The notes beneath the pieces are model-generated. The model was not told where the DNA came from. It searched no databases and saw only the letters and a list, made by a program, of their open reading frames with translations. The translations under genes and the position numbers were made by a program. A stretch of DNA of 64,000 bases from Octopus vulgaris (lineage: Eukaryota): contig OX597818.1 in the NCBI GenBank assembly GCA_951406725.2, forward strand, positions 84,692,001 through 84,756,000. Reading direction: 5' to 3'. Each line of letters begins with the position of its first letter. Positions within the stretch are counted from its first letter, which is position 1. Of the stretch, positions 36,541 to 50,146 are shown in pieces.

Positions 36541-38184
36541 GAGTCATTCCATATCAACGCAACTAGAGCTGTACACGTGACAAATCAGATTTGGCTAAAA
36601 TTTGTTTTCGTTTGGTAATATCTCTATATGCAAAAGGAACACAGGTATGATTTTAAGATCCAACTCTTAAGGGTTTCAAAGATATGCCTCGGCAAAATTT
36701 GAGGGCCACGCTCCTCGTGGAGTACGAGTGTCAAGTCATACAGATTTTGGTGCTGAATATCTTTAAAACTATTAGCATTTGACTGAAATTGACAACTCCG
36801 AGTAATCTGAACACTGTCAGAATCTACTATTACAATTGCTCTATCTCCCTACATTTTCGAGCTATTGACCTTTCGAATATGATCCTTTTCATGGGAGAAA
36901 ATAAAAATCAATATTCAAGCGTTCCCCATGAGGTCAAAATGTCTAACAGAATCAAATTTCTGCTGAGTTTCTTCAATTTGAGAACTGATCCGTTTATGAT
37001 AAGAATATTGGCAATGTACAAGGCATAATATAATATTTAGAAGCCTCTGAAAATGGTTCCGCATGAAAAAAAAAAACTTTTTTGACAATTTTCACCTTGC
37101 AAGTTCACAATGTGGGCAATTAAATAACAGAATGAAACTTGTTCTCCAGAAATGTATATATCCAAATTTTATTCATTCAAAATTTCAACTTGTTTTCTCA
37201 TCTCCTTCATAGTTAATTCTATTTTACAAATATATGCTTTTTAGCAAAATGGTACCATTATCTTTCATAACACAAGATCAGTGAAAGTTCAGGTATGAAC
37301 CTATTTGGCAACAAGGATCTTATTGTACATATAAAAAGTTCTCAGTATTTTTAAATCATTATATTTTTTTTATTGAAATACTCACGGTATTAAACTGAAA
37401 CTTAGTTCAAGTAACTCTTAATTAAAATTTGAAATTTTATTGATTTACAACGTATTGATTACAATGTTTTGATTAACAGACGCCGTTTATGATAGATATT
37501 ATACATTACATGCTTTTGGCAGTAAACTTAAGTTGATATAAATTATGACAATCTCTTCTGTATGAGGGCAGCATTCTCAGGGGCAAACTTATAAAATGCT
37601 GGCTCTGTCCTAGCTTTTCAGATGCTGAAACCAGGCAGACAATGTTCAGGCAGGGCACCCAAAAAGCGTTACTATGGACTGAAGACGGCCATAATAAAAG
37701 ACTTGCATTTGATTGGTGCATGAAATTGATTAATACAACTTGGTTTTCATCTGAACGTTCAACGATACAGCCAGTGTACCAATCCTTTTCATACATGCAC
37801 GCAACATATTTTCAGAGCTGTGTGTTTTCACTCGGGACCATTTTCAGAGGTCTCTAAATATATTATGCCTTATAAATTGTCAATATTCTTATTATAAACG
37901 GATTAGTCCGCAAATTGAAGAAACTCAGCAGAAGTTTGCTATTAGACATGGAGGACCCTTGAAAATTGATTTCCACTCATGAAAAGGTTCATATTTGAAA
38001 GTTCAATAACTCAAAAATGAAGGGAGGTAGAACAATTGTAATAGCAGATTCTGACAGATTATTTTCAGATTACCCAGAGTAGTCAATTTCAGTAAAATAT
38101 TAGGATTAGTTTTAAAGGTATCTAGCACCAAAATCTGTATAAATTGACACCCGCACCCCATGTTGGGTGTGACCCTCAAATTTT
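36541..38184 (-). mobile_element. Internally deleted long-TIR DNA transposon (Sola2-like), right end truncated
   Basis: 36694-36895 and 37975-38184 are diverged inverted repeats. The putative left end is GAGTCATTCCATATCAA. An internal minus-strand remnant reads YVACMYEKDWYTGCI...INFMHQ...LWP...FWVP (37640-37810). The superfamily is inferred from recalled motifs. Confidence 0.6.
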
Positions 38185-39205
38185 CTCCCGCAGCCCACCT
38201 TTCGCTTTCGTTTTTTCGAGGAGGTGGAAACCTCCTCGTCATCCTCCTCTTTCTCTCCCTCCATTGAGGGAGCAGGGAGTGATTCCTCTATTAACTGCTC
38301 CAGGATCCTATTTTGGTCCTTGGGGCAGTTTTTCTTGATGTGTCCGGTCTCCAGGCACAGGTGACACTTGGGGGGGGGGGCGTCCCTTGAGCATCACCGG
38401 ATACCTAGACCCGGCCATCCTCAAAAATTCTGGGAAAACCAGACTTTCGGCTGATTGGGTCCATAGGGTCAAAACAGCTTTTGACCCCTCTCAATCAGCC
38501 GCAGGCAAAATTTTCACGTTGAGCAGCTTGGTACTGCTACCACCCAGACCCCGGCGGATAGAGTCCTCTATCCACTCGGGCACAATTCCGGATGGCAAAC
38601 CGCAGACCCAATCCTTCATCAACTTCTTCCCACAATAACTGGGAAGGAACATAATTTTCTTGCCCTCCAGGGGCCGGCTTGCAAATTCGCAAGCTTCTTG
38701 GGGGGAATCAAATAGCAACCAGACCGTTGCATATTTGACTCCCCGTGAAATAAATTTAATGGCTGGCATGTACTCTGCCAGCTCCTTCAGAATTGTGGCT
38801 TTCGGGAAGACGGTTATGGTATCGAGCGATTTTGAATAAGTTCTCAACACCACCGTCTTTCTTTCGAGCTCTTTTAGCCATGTCTTGGGAGGTGTTAATT
38901 CTCACACTAATAATTCCTTTGCGATTTTTAAAAAAAAGTTCAAATACAGTTCACAATACAGTTTCAAATGAAGAAAGATACACAAAAAAGAAAGAAAGAC
39001 ACAATAGAAGGGAAGAAAAAAATAAAAATAACAGTTCAATAAAGTTTTTTTTTTTTTAACTAAATGATAGATAAGAAGCAGAGTTCAAATGCTGGCAAAG
39101 AAAATAATTTTCGGCCGAAAGGTACTCCTGGCCAATAATCCACAGAGAAATTTCAAAAACAATTTCTCACAATTATGCGAGAAAGCACACACGTCTCCAC
39201 CGCAA
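38185..39205 (-). mobile_element. 5' part of a Tx1/L1-type LINE: 5' UTR + ORF1 (gag-like, CCHC knuckle), disrupted
   Basis: ORF 38491-38853 continues past a TGA and a poly-C frameshift into ...YPVMLKGRPP/KCHLCLETGHIKKNCPK (CX2CX4HX4C), followed by an acidic stretch and KKRKRK. Confidence 0.78.
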
Positions 39206-40509
39206 GGCAAACAAAAAGCTCCGAATCCAGTAAAGACTCCTTTCTTTGTACAAAAAAATTAAACCTACAGGCAACAAATCCTACAGGACTCAAAGTGCAA
39301 AAAGTCTTACCTTACGGTAGAGCGTCTTTCAATTAAATTTTCGCCAGCTGCACACCAGCGTGACGACTTCAAGGGCACAGAGAAGACAACGGAACAACCG
39401 GAACCGGAAGCAAGCTTCTTACCACGCAGCCACGCTTTGTTTACAAATATAAATACAAAGGGTACGACATGCCTCCACCCCATTTTACACGACCATTGGT
39501 ATAGTGCCAGTAATGTTAGACGGATAGTGAATGGGGTCATTATAAAGCTAATGTGCTATCGTTTGCTTTTTATAATTATGTTTTCCTTAGTATATACTAT
39601 GTGGCTGCTATTGAAACGTTTATCGAAAATGTGAACCGGTATATCATATACAGTATGTATAATAACCATATATTTAGTTTCAATGTGAAAATAGAAATTA
39701 TTAAAAAAAACAGAAGCTACGGAAACTGAAACTGAAAATCAAAACGACAAATTTCACTCTTCGTTAAAAAAAACATTTACAATCGCTTACTTCGTATTAT
39801 ACTTATACATACCCCCTCTGATGTTCGTCAGTCAGAAGACAAAAGTCATCTAGTTATCCTGGTGTACGTGTTCCGGAAATTCTTGTCTCGCTGACTTCTA
39901 TCATATCTACATCTAGTGTCCTGATTTCGTTCAACAAATGATTTTGTTTCAAAGATGAGTCTAGGCCGCATACATTTCTACTTCTTACTCTGAGTAAGAC
40001 CATGTTTATCGGACAAAAGGTATTTGCAAATGATAGAAGCTAGACAGATCTTAGCAACTGAAATGGTTTCCTCAACAGCCTGCCAACATTTTAATTTGAC
40101 ATGTCGATGCATTTTTATTTCAGTGTTGAAATCCGTAATATTGTCATCCTGTTTTGGTAGACATACCAAACACTAGATTCCCAAATAAACATATCGAGAT
40201 AACGGATTAGCGATATCACAAAACCTCGATTGCTACACCTTAGATGCCCTTAGAAAATAATAATCACATATATGCTAGCTATAACAGGCGACTAAAAGTT
40301 TCTGGAAGAAGTTAAGAAAGAGACTCTTGCCAATTGTCTAACCTCCTATAGAAACTTACCACATCACTTGAGAAATTAATCTTTGGGCTTCTGCGTGAGT
40401 CCTCTACTTGGTCGAGGACTTTTGAGTTAGTGTCAATGATATTCTGTTTCTATTTTATTATCAAACAGTTTTTTTTTTCTTTTGTGCACTCTAACAGCTC
40501 GTTGTTTTT

Positions 40510-40755
40510 GTAATCGACTTAATCCGTTTTCTGTCCTTGTTTTCCCCCTCTGTGTTTAGCCCCTTGTGGGTAGTAAAGAAATAAGTATTTCGTCTGTCTT
40601 TACGTTCAGATTTCAAATTCCACCGAGGTCGACTTTGCTTTTAATCCTTTTGGGGTCGATAAAATAAGTACCAGTTGCGTACTGGGGTCGATGTAATCGA
40701 CCGGCCCCTTCCCCGCCAAGAAAATTTGGGCCTTGTGCCTAGAGAAGAAAAGAAT
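40510..40755 (+). mobile_element. SINE family A fragment spanning a tail-to-body junction
   Basis: ...GCCCCTTGTGGGTAGTAAAGAAATA|AGTATTTCGTCTG..., the same junction as in the trimers. Confidence 0.8.
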
Positions 40756-41109
40756 ATTTGTCATTGATGTTGCTGTAGTTGTTGTTCGCGTAATTGTTGT
40801 TTGATGTTTCTGTTTTATGCGTTGCGGTGCGTCGGAGGATGGTCCTAGTCTATAGTGTTGGGGTGATCCTACTTTCACAGACCACCAGTGTACAAGCATA
40901 TTCACAGATGCACAGACATGCGGAAATGAATCTTCCCCATTGCTACAGAATTGTCCGATTTCAAAACTTCGTCGTGTGAAATAACTACGGGTTTAGCACT
41001 GGGGTCGATGCAATCGAATACTTTCTTCCTCTGGAATTGCTGGCCTTGTGACAAAATTTGAAACCATTATCATTGTTATTGCTATCATTATTATTATTTT
41101 ATTATAATT

Positions 41110-41608
41110 TTATCTTCTCTTTATCACGAGTTTTGTTGGAGCTCCTGGAGCCTTGCATGCGTAGCGGGCCTATTATCTGCAGCCTACGGTAGCATGTTAT
41201 TCGTTCCTTTCAATTGATTATTCTGGCCGTGCCAAGGAAGCAAACCTTTTGTAGCAGTTCTACTGGGCACGCTAGTCCAATTTCCTTCATATTCTTCTTG
41301 ATGCCTTCTAATACTGTTCCCAAAGACAAAAATAATTGGCATTATCTTCATCTTCATTTTCCATAGCCGGCCTATTTCGTACTTAAGAGGGTTATATCTA
41401 TCTATCTTTTCACCTTCCTTCTTGACTATTCATGGGTCAAAGGGGCATGCGAAATCAATTATATAGCATATGTGATGCACCTTGTCCACTACCACTAGAT
41501 CCGGTCTGTTATGCTCTAGCATCTGATCTGTTTGGATTGGGAAATCCCAGAGGATTTTGCTAGTGTCCGACTTTGCTACTCTCTGCGGTTTGTACTCATA
41601 CCACATCT
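41110..41608 (-). mobile_element. R4/Dong-clade RLE fragment (distinct subfamily)
   Basis: Minus strand: WYEYKPQRVAKSDTSKILWDFPIQTDQMLEHNRPDLVVVDK...IIDFACPFDP*...EKIDRYNPLKYEIGRLWKMK...LLQKVCFLGTARII. It is bordered by TTA/ATC repeats. Confidence 0.85.
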
Positions 41609-41869
41609 TATTATCATCATCATCATCATCATCATCATAATTATTCGTTTTTTATGAAGAACTGGCCAATTTCCTGATATTTTGGGCCATTCGTCATACA
41701 TTTAAAGTCAAATTTACATATTTAAAAGTCAAACAAAAAATGGCATCGAAGAAGGACTGTGCGGATGACATTGATTACAAACAGATTTTCCCCGCACATT
41801 TCTCTTTCTACAGGCATCGAGAACACAAACACTCCTAATACCAACGACTTCAAAAAGAACAGGAACAAC

Positions 41870-42375
41870 ATCCCGAAAGGACGAAAGGCAAAGTCGACCC
41901 CGACGGAATTTGAACTCAGAACGTAAAGCTGGACGAAATACCGCTATGCATTTCGCATGGTTTTGCTCATCATTCCTACCATAGAAACAAGGCAAGTGTA
42001 ACTTGATTACATCAGACCTTATATTATACTTAAGTACTACTTTATTTTATCAATGCCGAAGGGATGAAATGTCAAGTCGGCATCGGCTGAATCTGAACTC
42101 AGAAATGTCACTAAGCATTTTGTCAGCCGTGCTAACGTTTCTTATTTCTTTATTGCCCACAAGGGGCTAAACATAGAGGGGACAAACAAGGATAGACAAA
42201 GGGATTAAGTCGATTACATCTACCCCAGTTTGTAACTAGTACTTAATTTATCGTCCCCGAAAGGATGAAAGGCAAAGTCGACCTCGGTGGAATTTGAACT
42301 CAGAACATAGAGACAGGTGAATTACCGCTAAGCATTTCGCATGGCATGCAAACGTTTCTGTCAGTTCACCGTCTT
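41870..42375 (-). mobile_element. Cluster of SINE family A copies
   Basis: Three matches. The cleanest is 42140-42375 (TTTCTTTATTGCCCACAAGGGGCTAAAC...GCTAAGCATTTCGC). Confidence 0.8.
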
Positions 42376-42432
42376 TTAAGTATTGTAAGCCATTTTTCGA
42401 TAACGATAACGCTGCTACCATCTCAGTCGTCT

Positions 42433-42436
42433 AATG

Positions 42437-42515
<79 letters not shown>

Positions 42516-42538
42516 TAATAATAATAATAATAATAATG

Positions 42539-42590
<52 letters not shown>

Positions 42591-42906
42591 GCACTGCTGC
42601 TGCTACAACTACGGCCACTACTACTGCTGCTGTTGCTGCTACTACTGCTGCTGCTACCACTGCTGCTGCTGTCACTACTACTACTATTGCTACCATTGCT
42701 GCTGTTGCTGCTGCTGCTGCTGCTGCCACCGCTGCTGCTACTACTACTGGTACTACCACAGCTGCTGATACTACCACTGCTGCTGCTGCTGATGCTGTCG
42801 CTGCGGCCATTACTATTGCTACTACCACTGCCGCTCCAACTGCTGACAATGATATTGCTGCTGCTACAACTACTGGGGCTGCTGCTGCTGCTGCTAATGA
42901 TGATAA
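42433..42906 (+). repeat. (AAT)n followed by degenerate (CTG/CTA)n
   Basis: Direct reading. It abuts the 5' end of the R4/Dong element. Confidence 0.95.
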
Positions 42907-42907
42907 A

Positions 42908-45900
42908 TGAGGCCCCTATATGAAAATTAGTGGTTAAATCTTTTATTTAAATTTTTTATTTATTCATTTATTAAAAAATTTTTTTTAATGAAAACTTAAT
43001 AATAATTTAACTTTACTTGAAAAGAAAATTTCTAACAGTACACCGAATCGCTTGTCCAATGGTAATAAAGGAAGCGCGCTCCTCAGGAGGCTGCCAGCCT
43101 GATGGCGAAAAATTTTCAAATGGCAGAATATCTTCCCCGAATACGAACCTGGAAGGTCACTTAAACGGGATTTGTCCTAAATTGAGCACCCAAAGTTCAC
43201 CACCACAACAACCAGAAAATCAAAAAAGTAAAAGAACTAAATGGAACCGGGTGAATATAAAGAAGTAATATATGCTTATTACTTTGCATTAAGTAGGCCA
43301 ACCCAATAAAAACACACCGCAAACTCCTACAGAATTTGGAGGAGCCGGAATCCAGCTAGCAGACCAAACCTGGATGAAAACAGATTAGCAAATGTTAGAA
43401 GAGATATCTTCAGAAATACCAGACTCACAGATGCATAATTAACCTCTATTAAAAAAAAGTGGTAGAGAATGACTTAAATGTAAGTCAGGAAAGAAATAAC
43501 GAAGCTGAGGAGAGGAATGTTGGGCCACAAGCATTGACTGAAAGGCGACCATCTGCCGAATCGACTCAAGATCCTGAAGAAGAAGGAGGAAAATATGACC
43601 CTAGAAAAAACAGCCCGGAAAATGATGTCGAAACAGAATTTGAAAATCACATATTTGTTGAACAACACAGAAAATCTATCATTGAAATGAAGCAAGAAGT
43701 TCTGAATGAGCTTGCAGTTGTAGGGCATACAACTATGAATGATAGGGAACCACTCCATAAGCTCTCAAATGCACACCAACATAAAACACAAATAAAAATT
43801 GGCAACTGCATTACACAGGAAATCACACAACTAAAACCCGATCTTAATAAATTAAATGAAATTATTTACTCTGTCGCTAAGGTAATCGAAAGACGCTGTT
43901 TAACACCCAAAAAGCCAACAATACCAAATTCGAAAAGAAAATCAAACTGGAGGAGTAGAATTGAAACTGAAATTGAATCATTGCGAAAGGAGATATCAAT
44001 ATTAACTGAGCTAATCTCTGGAAATGTATAAGATCAAGAAAAGGCAGGAAGATTGTGAGAAAATATGGACATTCAACAAGAGAAGAACTAATGTCAGCGA
44101 AAGAAACACTTAAACAAAAAGTTCGAGCAAAAGCTCAGAGAATACGAAGATTTGAGAAAAGAATCAAATTCTACAAACAAAATAAGATGTTCAAATCCAA
44201 TGCCAAATCATTTTACAGGGAAATAGGGAAAGAAAAAATAACCATTGAAAATCCACCCCTAATGGAGGAAGTTGAAAACTTCTGGAAGGGGATCTGGAGT
44301 GATGAGAAACTATACAATGAAAATGCAGAGTGGATCAAACGCACCCAAGATGACTACAAAAATCTACAAGAACAGGTATGGGAAGACATCTCAATCGCCG
44401 ACCTAAGGAGAGCACTAACAAAGGCTCATGCACACAAAATGTTAGTAATACTATTTAATAGTATTATGAAAGACCCGAAAAAAACACCACATTGGATGGC
44501 AAATGGTATTACTTACCTCCTCCCCAAAAATAACAAAACGAAAGACCCAAAAATCTATCGGCCTATAACATGTTTATCTACTACTTATAAGATCTTGACA
44601 TCTATTCTAGTAGAGAAAACAATGTACGTTTATGGAAGAGAATAACCTCTTTCCCACTGAACAAAAAGGATGCAGACGAGGCTCATACGGATGCAAATAT
44701 CAGCTCCTAATTAATCGCATGATCCTTGAGAACTGCCATAACAAACGCAGAAATCTCAGCTCTTCATGGATTGATTATAAAAAAGCCTTTGACAGCATAC
44801 CACATTCGTGGATTCTGAAATCGCTGGACATTTTCAAAATTTCTCCTGTGATTTCAGATTTTTTAAAGTATAATATGGAACACGAAGCTCCAATTATATC
44901 ACTCTAATGGAGAATTGCACTCAAACAACATTAGCATAAACTGTGGAATTTTCCAAGGTGACTCACTTTCACCACTAATATTCTGCATAGCACTAATACT
45001 ACTCTCAAGTGAACTGAATAGAACAGGATATGGCTACAAAATTGACAACAAGAAAATAAGCCATCTATTTTATATGGATGACTTAAAGCTATATGGCAAA
45101 GATGATGAAGAGCTTGAAGGATTATTACATACAGTGAAAGGATTCAGTGATGATATCGGGATGGAGTTTGGCCTTGAAAAGTGTGCCAAAGCCACTTTTA
45201 AGAAAGGGAAATTGGTAAAGTGTAGTTCAATCGAATTAGATGTCGAAATAGTAATAAAGGAACTTGAGCAGGAACAAACCTATAAATACCTAGGAATAAA
45301 TGAAGGCTCTGGTATCCAGCATACAAGCATGAAAGAGAAGGTTAGGAAAGAATGTTATAGAAGAGTCCGAGCAGTCCTGAAGTCTGAGCTGAATGCATAT
45401 AATAAGGTTTTAGCCCTAAATTCCTTGGCAGTACCAGTTGTTCTCTATAGCTTCAATGTGCTTAACTGGAATACTAGTGAAATAATGAAAATTGACAGGA
45501 AAATCCGCAAGCTACTGACTTGTAATAAGATGCACCATCCAAAGGCAGACGTGGATCGCCTTTACTTTCCCAGGGGCCAGGGAGGTCGAGGTTTGATCCA
45601 GCTTGAACTTACATACAAAACCACCACAATCGGACTGGCCAAATACCTTGAAGCAACCAACGATTGGATGCTAAAACTTGTTGAAAAACATGAAAGACCG
45701 AAAAAACTTCACTCTATTCTCAAAGCGAACAAAAAATTCGCTGCTGATCTCTTAGATACCCACCAGATTGAGCAGGCTGAATGAAATGCGCCAACTGCAG
45801 CTGCAAAGAAAATAAAATTAAGTACAAAGACAAAAGCACATGAACATTTAGCTAGCAGATGGGAACAGAAACCTCTCCATGGCAAGTATGTGGCCCGTAG

Positions 45901-46477
45901 CAAACAAGCTGATGTCGACCAGAAACACACGATGTCAATGGTTACGAAGTTCAGGGCTAAAAGTAGAGAGTGAAGGTTTCATATTAGCTGCTCAAGACCA
46001 AAGCTTATTTACCCGGAACTACCAAGCCAATGTGATAAAAAAATGGAGCTGACCCAAAATACCGATTCTGTAACGATGAGATTGAAACAATAGACCACCT
46101 AATCTCAGGGTGTAGAGTCTTAGCACCTGCAGAAAATAAAGCAAGACATGACAGAGTCGGCCAGTATTTACACTGGACAATATGTCGGCATTATAAAATC
46201 AAAACCACTGACAAATGGTATAAACATCATCCTGAAGCTATGACTGAGGGAGAAAATGTGTCGATTCTATGGGACTTCCCCGTGCAGACCGACAGGACTA
46301 TAAAAGCCAATAAACCGGATATCATTATAAAAGATCTGACAAAAAGGATGTGTTTAATTAATTGACATGAGTATTCCCTGTGATCACAATATAGCGGCGA
46401 AAGAATTTGACAAGATTAGTAAATATAAAGACCTGCTAATGGAAATTGAAAAAATGTGGCATCTCAAGGCGACTACA

Positions 46478-46480
<3 letters not shown>
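42908..46480 (+). mobile_element. Near full-length decayed R4/Dong-clade non-LTR retrotransposon (single ORF: N-terminal domain, RT, CCHC + restriction-like endonuclease)
   Basis: N-terminus KRTKWN..EYKEVIYAYY...YRIWRSRNP...LANVRRDI. RT motifs YRPITCLSTTYKILT, EQKGC, WIDYKKAFDSIPH, GIFQGDSLSPL, FYMDDLKLY, YKYLGI. RLE region RFC...ETIDHLISGC, RHD, LWDFPVQTD...KPDIII, KISKYKDL. There are many stops and frameshifts, and it ends at MWHLKATTV directly into (AAT)n. Confidence 0.93.
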
Positions 46481-46566
<86 letters not shown>

Positions 46567-46590
46567 TATAATAATAATAATATTAATAAT

Positions 46591-46666
<76 letters not shown>

Positions 46667-46670
46667 TTAA
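46481..46670 (+). repeat. (AAT)n microsatellite
   Basis: Direct reading. Confidence 0.97.
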
Positions 46671-46687
46671 TCTTTTCTTCTATAGAA

Positions 46688-47552
46688 TCTATATATTAAT
46701 ACGCTTGTACCGTCGGTATTTGTCACGCTAAGAGAGATAAGTAAGCATCAATTTCGAGTTATTTCCCTTGACTTCTGAACTGGTATTGCTGTAGCATTCT
46801 TGAAAGGTGGTAAAACTCTTCACGTATATTAAAGCTTCCAGTTCCTTTGAGTGAAACAAGTGTGTGCATTGTTCCACCAAATTCTGATCAAGGAAACAGT
46901 CTTAGGCAAGTAAAAGTCTTCATTATAGATGAAGCTTCAATGATACCAGTTTATGCTGTGAAAGCTATAGATACTTGTTTAATAGATATTATGAATAGTA
47001 ATAGTATATTTGGTGGGAAAATTATCGTGCTCGGAGGATATTTTAGATAAGTTCTTTCAGTTGTTCTCAGAGCTCCTCCTGCAGCTGTACATGAAGCCTG
47101 CCTCAAACGCTCCTTTATGTGGGATAATTTTCATCAAGTGCAACTTACGCAAAGCATGAGAACAAATGCAAATGAACAAGATTTTTCGAGGTGGCTACGA
47201 CAACTTAGAAGTGGATTTCTTCAAAGCTCTCTTGATAATCTCGTAGAAGATACTACTGATATTCCTGAGGCATGCATATGTAACGATTCTTTGGTATCTG
47301 ATATATTTGACTATTTTACAGCAGAAGAAATGAAATATAGAGTGATCTTATCTCCTAAAAATTAGGACTAATTAGCAGTAAATGAAGAAATTCTAAGTAG
47401 ATTGTCCACTGACTGAAACTAAGATATATCTAAGCACCGACTAAAAACCATCTGATAATGAAGAAGCCCAGAATTATCCCATGGACTTTATAAACTCTCT
47501 TACACCTTCTGGAATGCCTCCCCATCGCCTTAACTTAAAAGTTGGAGCAATT
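46688..47552 (+). mobile_element. Helitron remnant: putative 5' end + decayed PIF1-family helicase
   Basis: Starts A|TCTATATATTAATAC. Translation gives TGIA..LKGGKTLH, KLPVPL, FIIDEASM, FGGKIIVLGGYFR, LTQSMR, ILSPKN, FINSLTPSGMPPHRLNLKVGAI, which are PIF1/RepHel helicase motifs, with stops. Confidence 0.88.
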
Positions 47553-49532
47553 TCAGGAGGAAAAAGAGGAGGAAAGAGAGGAGCGGGAGAGAAGGATTTT
47601 GTCTTATCGGTACAAGGCCAAAAATTTGACGGGTGGGATCTGGCCGAACACATCGACACTAATGCTCAACTGGTAATCACTTTATCGACCCTGAAAGGAT
47701 GAAAACTAAATTCGATTTCTGCAGAATTTGAACTCAGAATTTGAGATCTGCTAAACACTTTGAGTAGTCTCATAAGAACTTTTCCAGCTCGCCACCTTCA
47801 TAATAACAAAAACAACGTTGATTCTAAGTGGATAGGTATCTTGATCAGAAAATGTCGAAGTTGAGATTCGAAAGGCCCAGTTTTCAGTGTGGCAAGAGTG
47901 CAATTACTATAAACCATCAACAACGTGATAAATGTCAAGTTCCTACCACCGGGTATCAAAACCGGGTGGCTGACTAAACATAGCGCACCAGGAAATTACT
48001 TGTATAACCTGGCACTAAGCCAAAGATGGAAGAAATACTTTTATGGTTTGGTGAATAGGTTGCTTTTGATAGCGGCTATTTTTATTGACTTTCCTACATT
48101 CTTATATTTATATACACACGTATGCATGTATGTATGTATGTATGTATGTATGTATGTATGTATGTATGTATGTATGTATGTATGAATGTATGAATGTATG
48201 TATGAATACATAGATACATGTGTATATATATGCACATATATATACAAATGCATATATGCACAAATACGTACACATATGCACAAAAACACAGCCACACATA
48301 TCTATGGGCGTCTACTCTTCTTGTAAAAGGATAATATAAATAAAGATATGTATGTGTGTGTGTATGTGAGTTTGTTTGTGTGAATGTATTTTATAATCTT
48401 TTATTCGCTTCGGTCATTGGACTACGGCCATGCTGGGACACCGCCTTGAAGAGCATAGTGGAACAAACCGACTCCAGTATTTATATCTAAAGAGTGGTAC
48501 ATGTTTTATCGACACCCTTTGACCGAACTACTAACTTAGAGGACGCCAAAACAAATCTGTCACAAAACGCCTGAACGAAGGCCTGGGATGGCCTCTAATA
48601 TCATGGAATAAATACTTTGGACAGAGTCGCGTCACAGACTTGCAGGTTTGCTTAATCAAAGTATTCCAGAACTTGAAGTAGCCTCTGAAATCTCTTAACG
48701 CGAGGACAGATATGATGTTTAATTAACGACACAGGAGTAGGTTCCTCCTGCAAAGTTTCCCCTCCCCTAAAGCGTACATCCACTGAAAATAAACATTATC
48801 TAGTTTCAGTCAGCATTGCAGGAAAATTACTTTCAGGGTGAAAACAGGAGCTATGCCACTATAACACTATAACAGATAGGATCCCGTGACTAACCTAAAT
48901 CTGTGAAAATTGCCTTTATATATGTCCTCAGATAAGACGTCTTACACCATTATTCCTACTATTGTATGACTGATCAGGTGCATATACATAGTGTTCGTAT
49001 GGCGTACTACAAAGAAGAAGAGGGTAGAGTGAATCAACGATTTCTATTAAATGAAATTCTGCGCATTATGTAAAATTTATCGATTGTGAAAGGCTCGACG
49101 GAGACCTACCAGATTCTTGGGTCCAACTGATACAGTGATGAATACAAATGTTCACGCAACGCCCCTTTGTAAGACTCAAAAAAAATGAACGGGCTCTCGT
49201 AGAACAGTTCAGTTGTAATAAATATACACACAAACCAACACACCTTTATATGTACATGTATACATATGTGTGTAATATATATTTGTATATTCATGTATGT
49301 ATATAAAGACATGCACACACATATACGCATATGTACATATGCTGAGACATAACTGTATAATTCACAATTACGTGATAGTGAAGTGTCTTCAACTATGAGA
49401 GACAGAGTGAGAGCGTGTGAATGTGCGTAAATGTACACACGCGCGCGCATGCACGCACGCACACACACACACACACACATATATATGCATGTGTGTGATA
49501 ATGTTTTTTATTAGGTCGTAATAATAATAATA

Positions 49533-50146
49533 GGCTGCCCAGTCCTCGCTGAAAAAATGTACCTCATTAAGACATGACAGACTAGGGCAGTACAGCCAAT
49601 AGAATGCTTGTAAATGCTACAAAATTAAATCCCATGATAAGTGGTACAGTAGTAAATGCGTTACCATCCTTTAGAACTTCCCAATACAAACAGACAGAAA
49701 AATTGACTCCAATTGACCAGACATTGTGATCAAGGACTACAACAGAGGAACTTGTCTGTTAATAGATATGTCAGTTCCACAAGATCAAAATGTCTCAACA
49801 AAAGAATACGAAAAGCTTTCTCACTATAGAAATCTGCAAATTTAAATTGTGGAAGCTTAGTGCTACGATAATACCACTAGTGATTGGTGCGTTGCGAATA
49901 ATAAACAAGGGAGCTGAGAAGTATATTGAGCAACTCCCTGGCAACTCCAGTCTCTATGAACTACAAAAGATAACCTTGATGGGTAGAGCCCATATACTAC
50001 GGAAAGCACTCTCCATCTAAAATGGAATAAATGTGGTGATAATTTTAGCATGCATAGCAAAACAAAAGTGACCTTGCCACTCTTGACTTCCGGAGGATGC
50101 CCGGTACTAAGGCAGCTGAAATAAAGTTATAATGAAAATAAACCAT
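49533..50146 (+). mobile_element. 5'-truncated R4/Dong-clade fragment in (TAA)n
   Basis: GCPVLAEK..RHDRLGQ...FPIQTDRKIDSN*PDIVIKD...LIDMSVP...IIPLVIGALRIINKG...LQKITLMGRAHILRKALSI*. TAATAATAATAA precedes it (49520-49532) and (TAA)n follows. Confidence 0.88.

Noticed and set aside
39840-40190. Possible decayed RTE-type RT fragment on the minus strand
   Set aside because: There is only a faint resemblance and no intact diagnostic motif.
42434-42910. Ala/Thr-rich antifreeze- or mucin-like ORF
   Set aside because: It is a degenerate (CTG/CTA)n tract fused to (AAT)n, with no credible start, signal peptide or splice structure.
43040-43130. HDV-like ribozyme at the 5' end of the R4/Dong element
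   Set aside because: Such ribozymes occur in some RLE elements, but I could not build consistent P1/P2/P3 pairings by eye. A descriptor search is needed.
46775-47552. Host PIF1 helicase gene
   Set aside because: It is intronless, has multiple stops, and is preceded by a Helitron-type 5' end, so it is better explained as a Helitron remnant.
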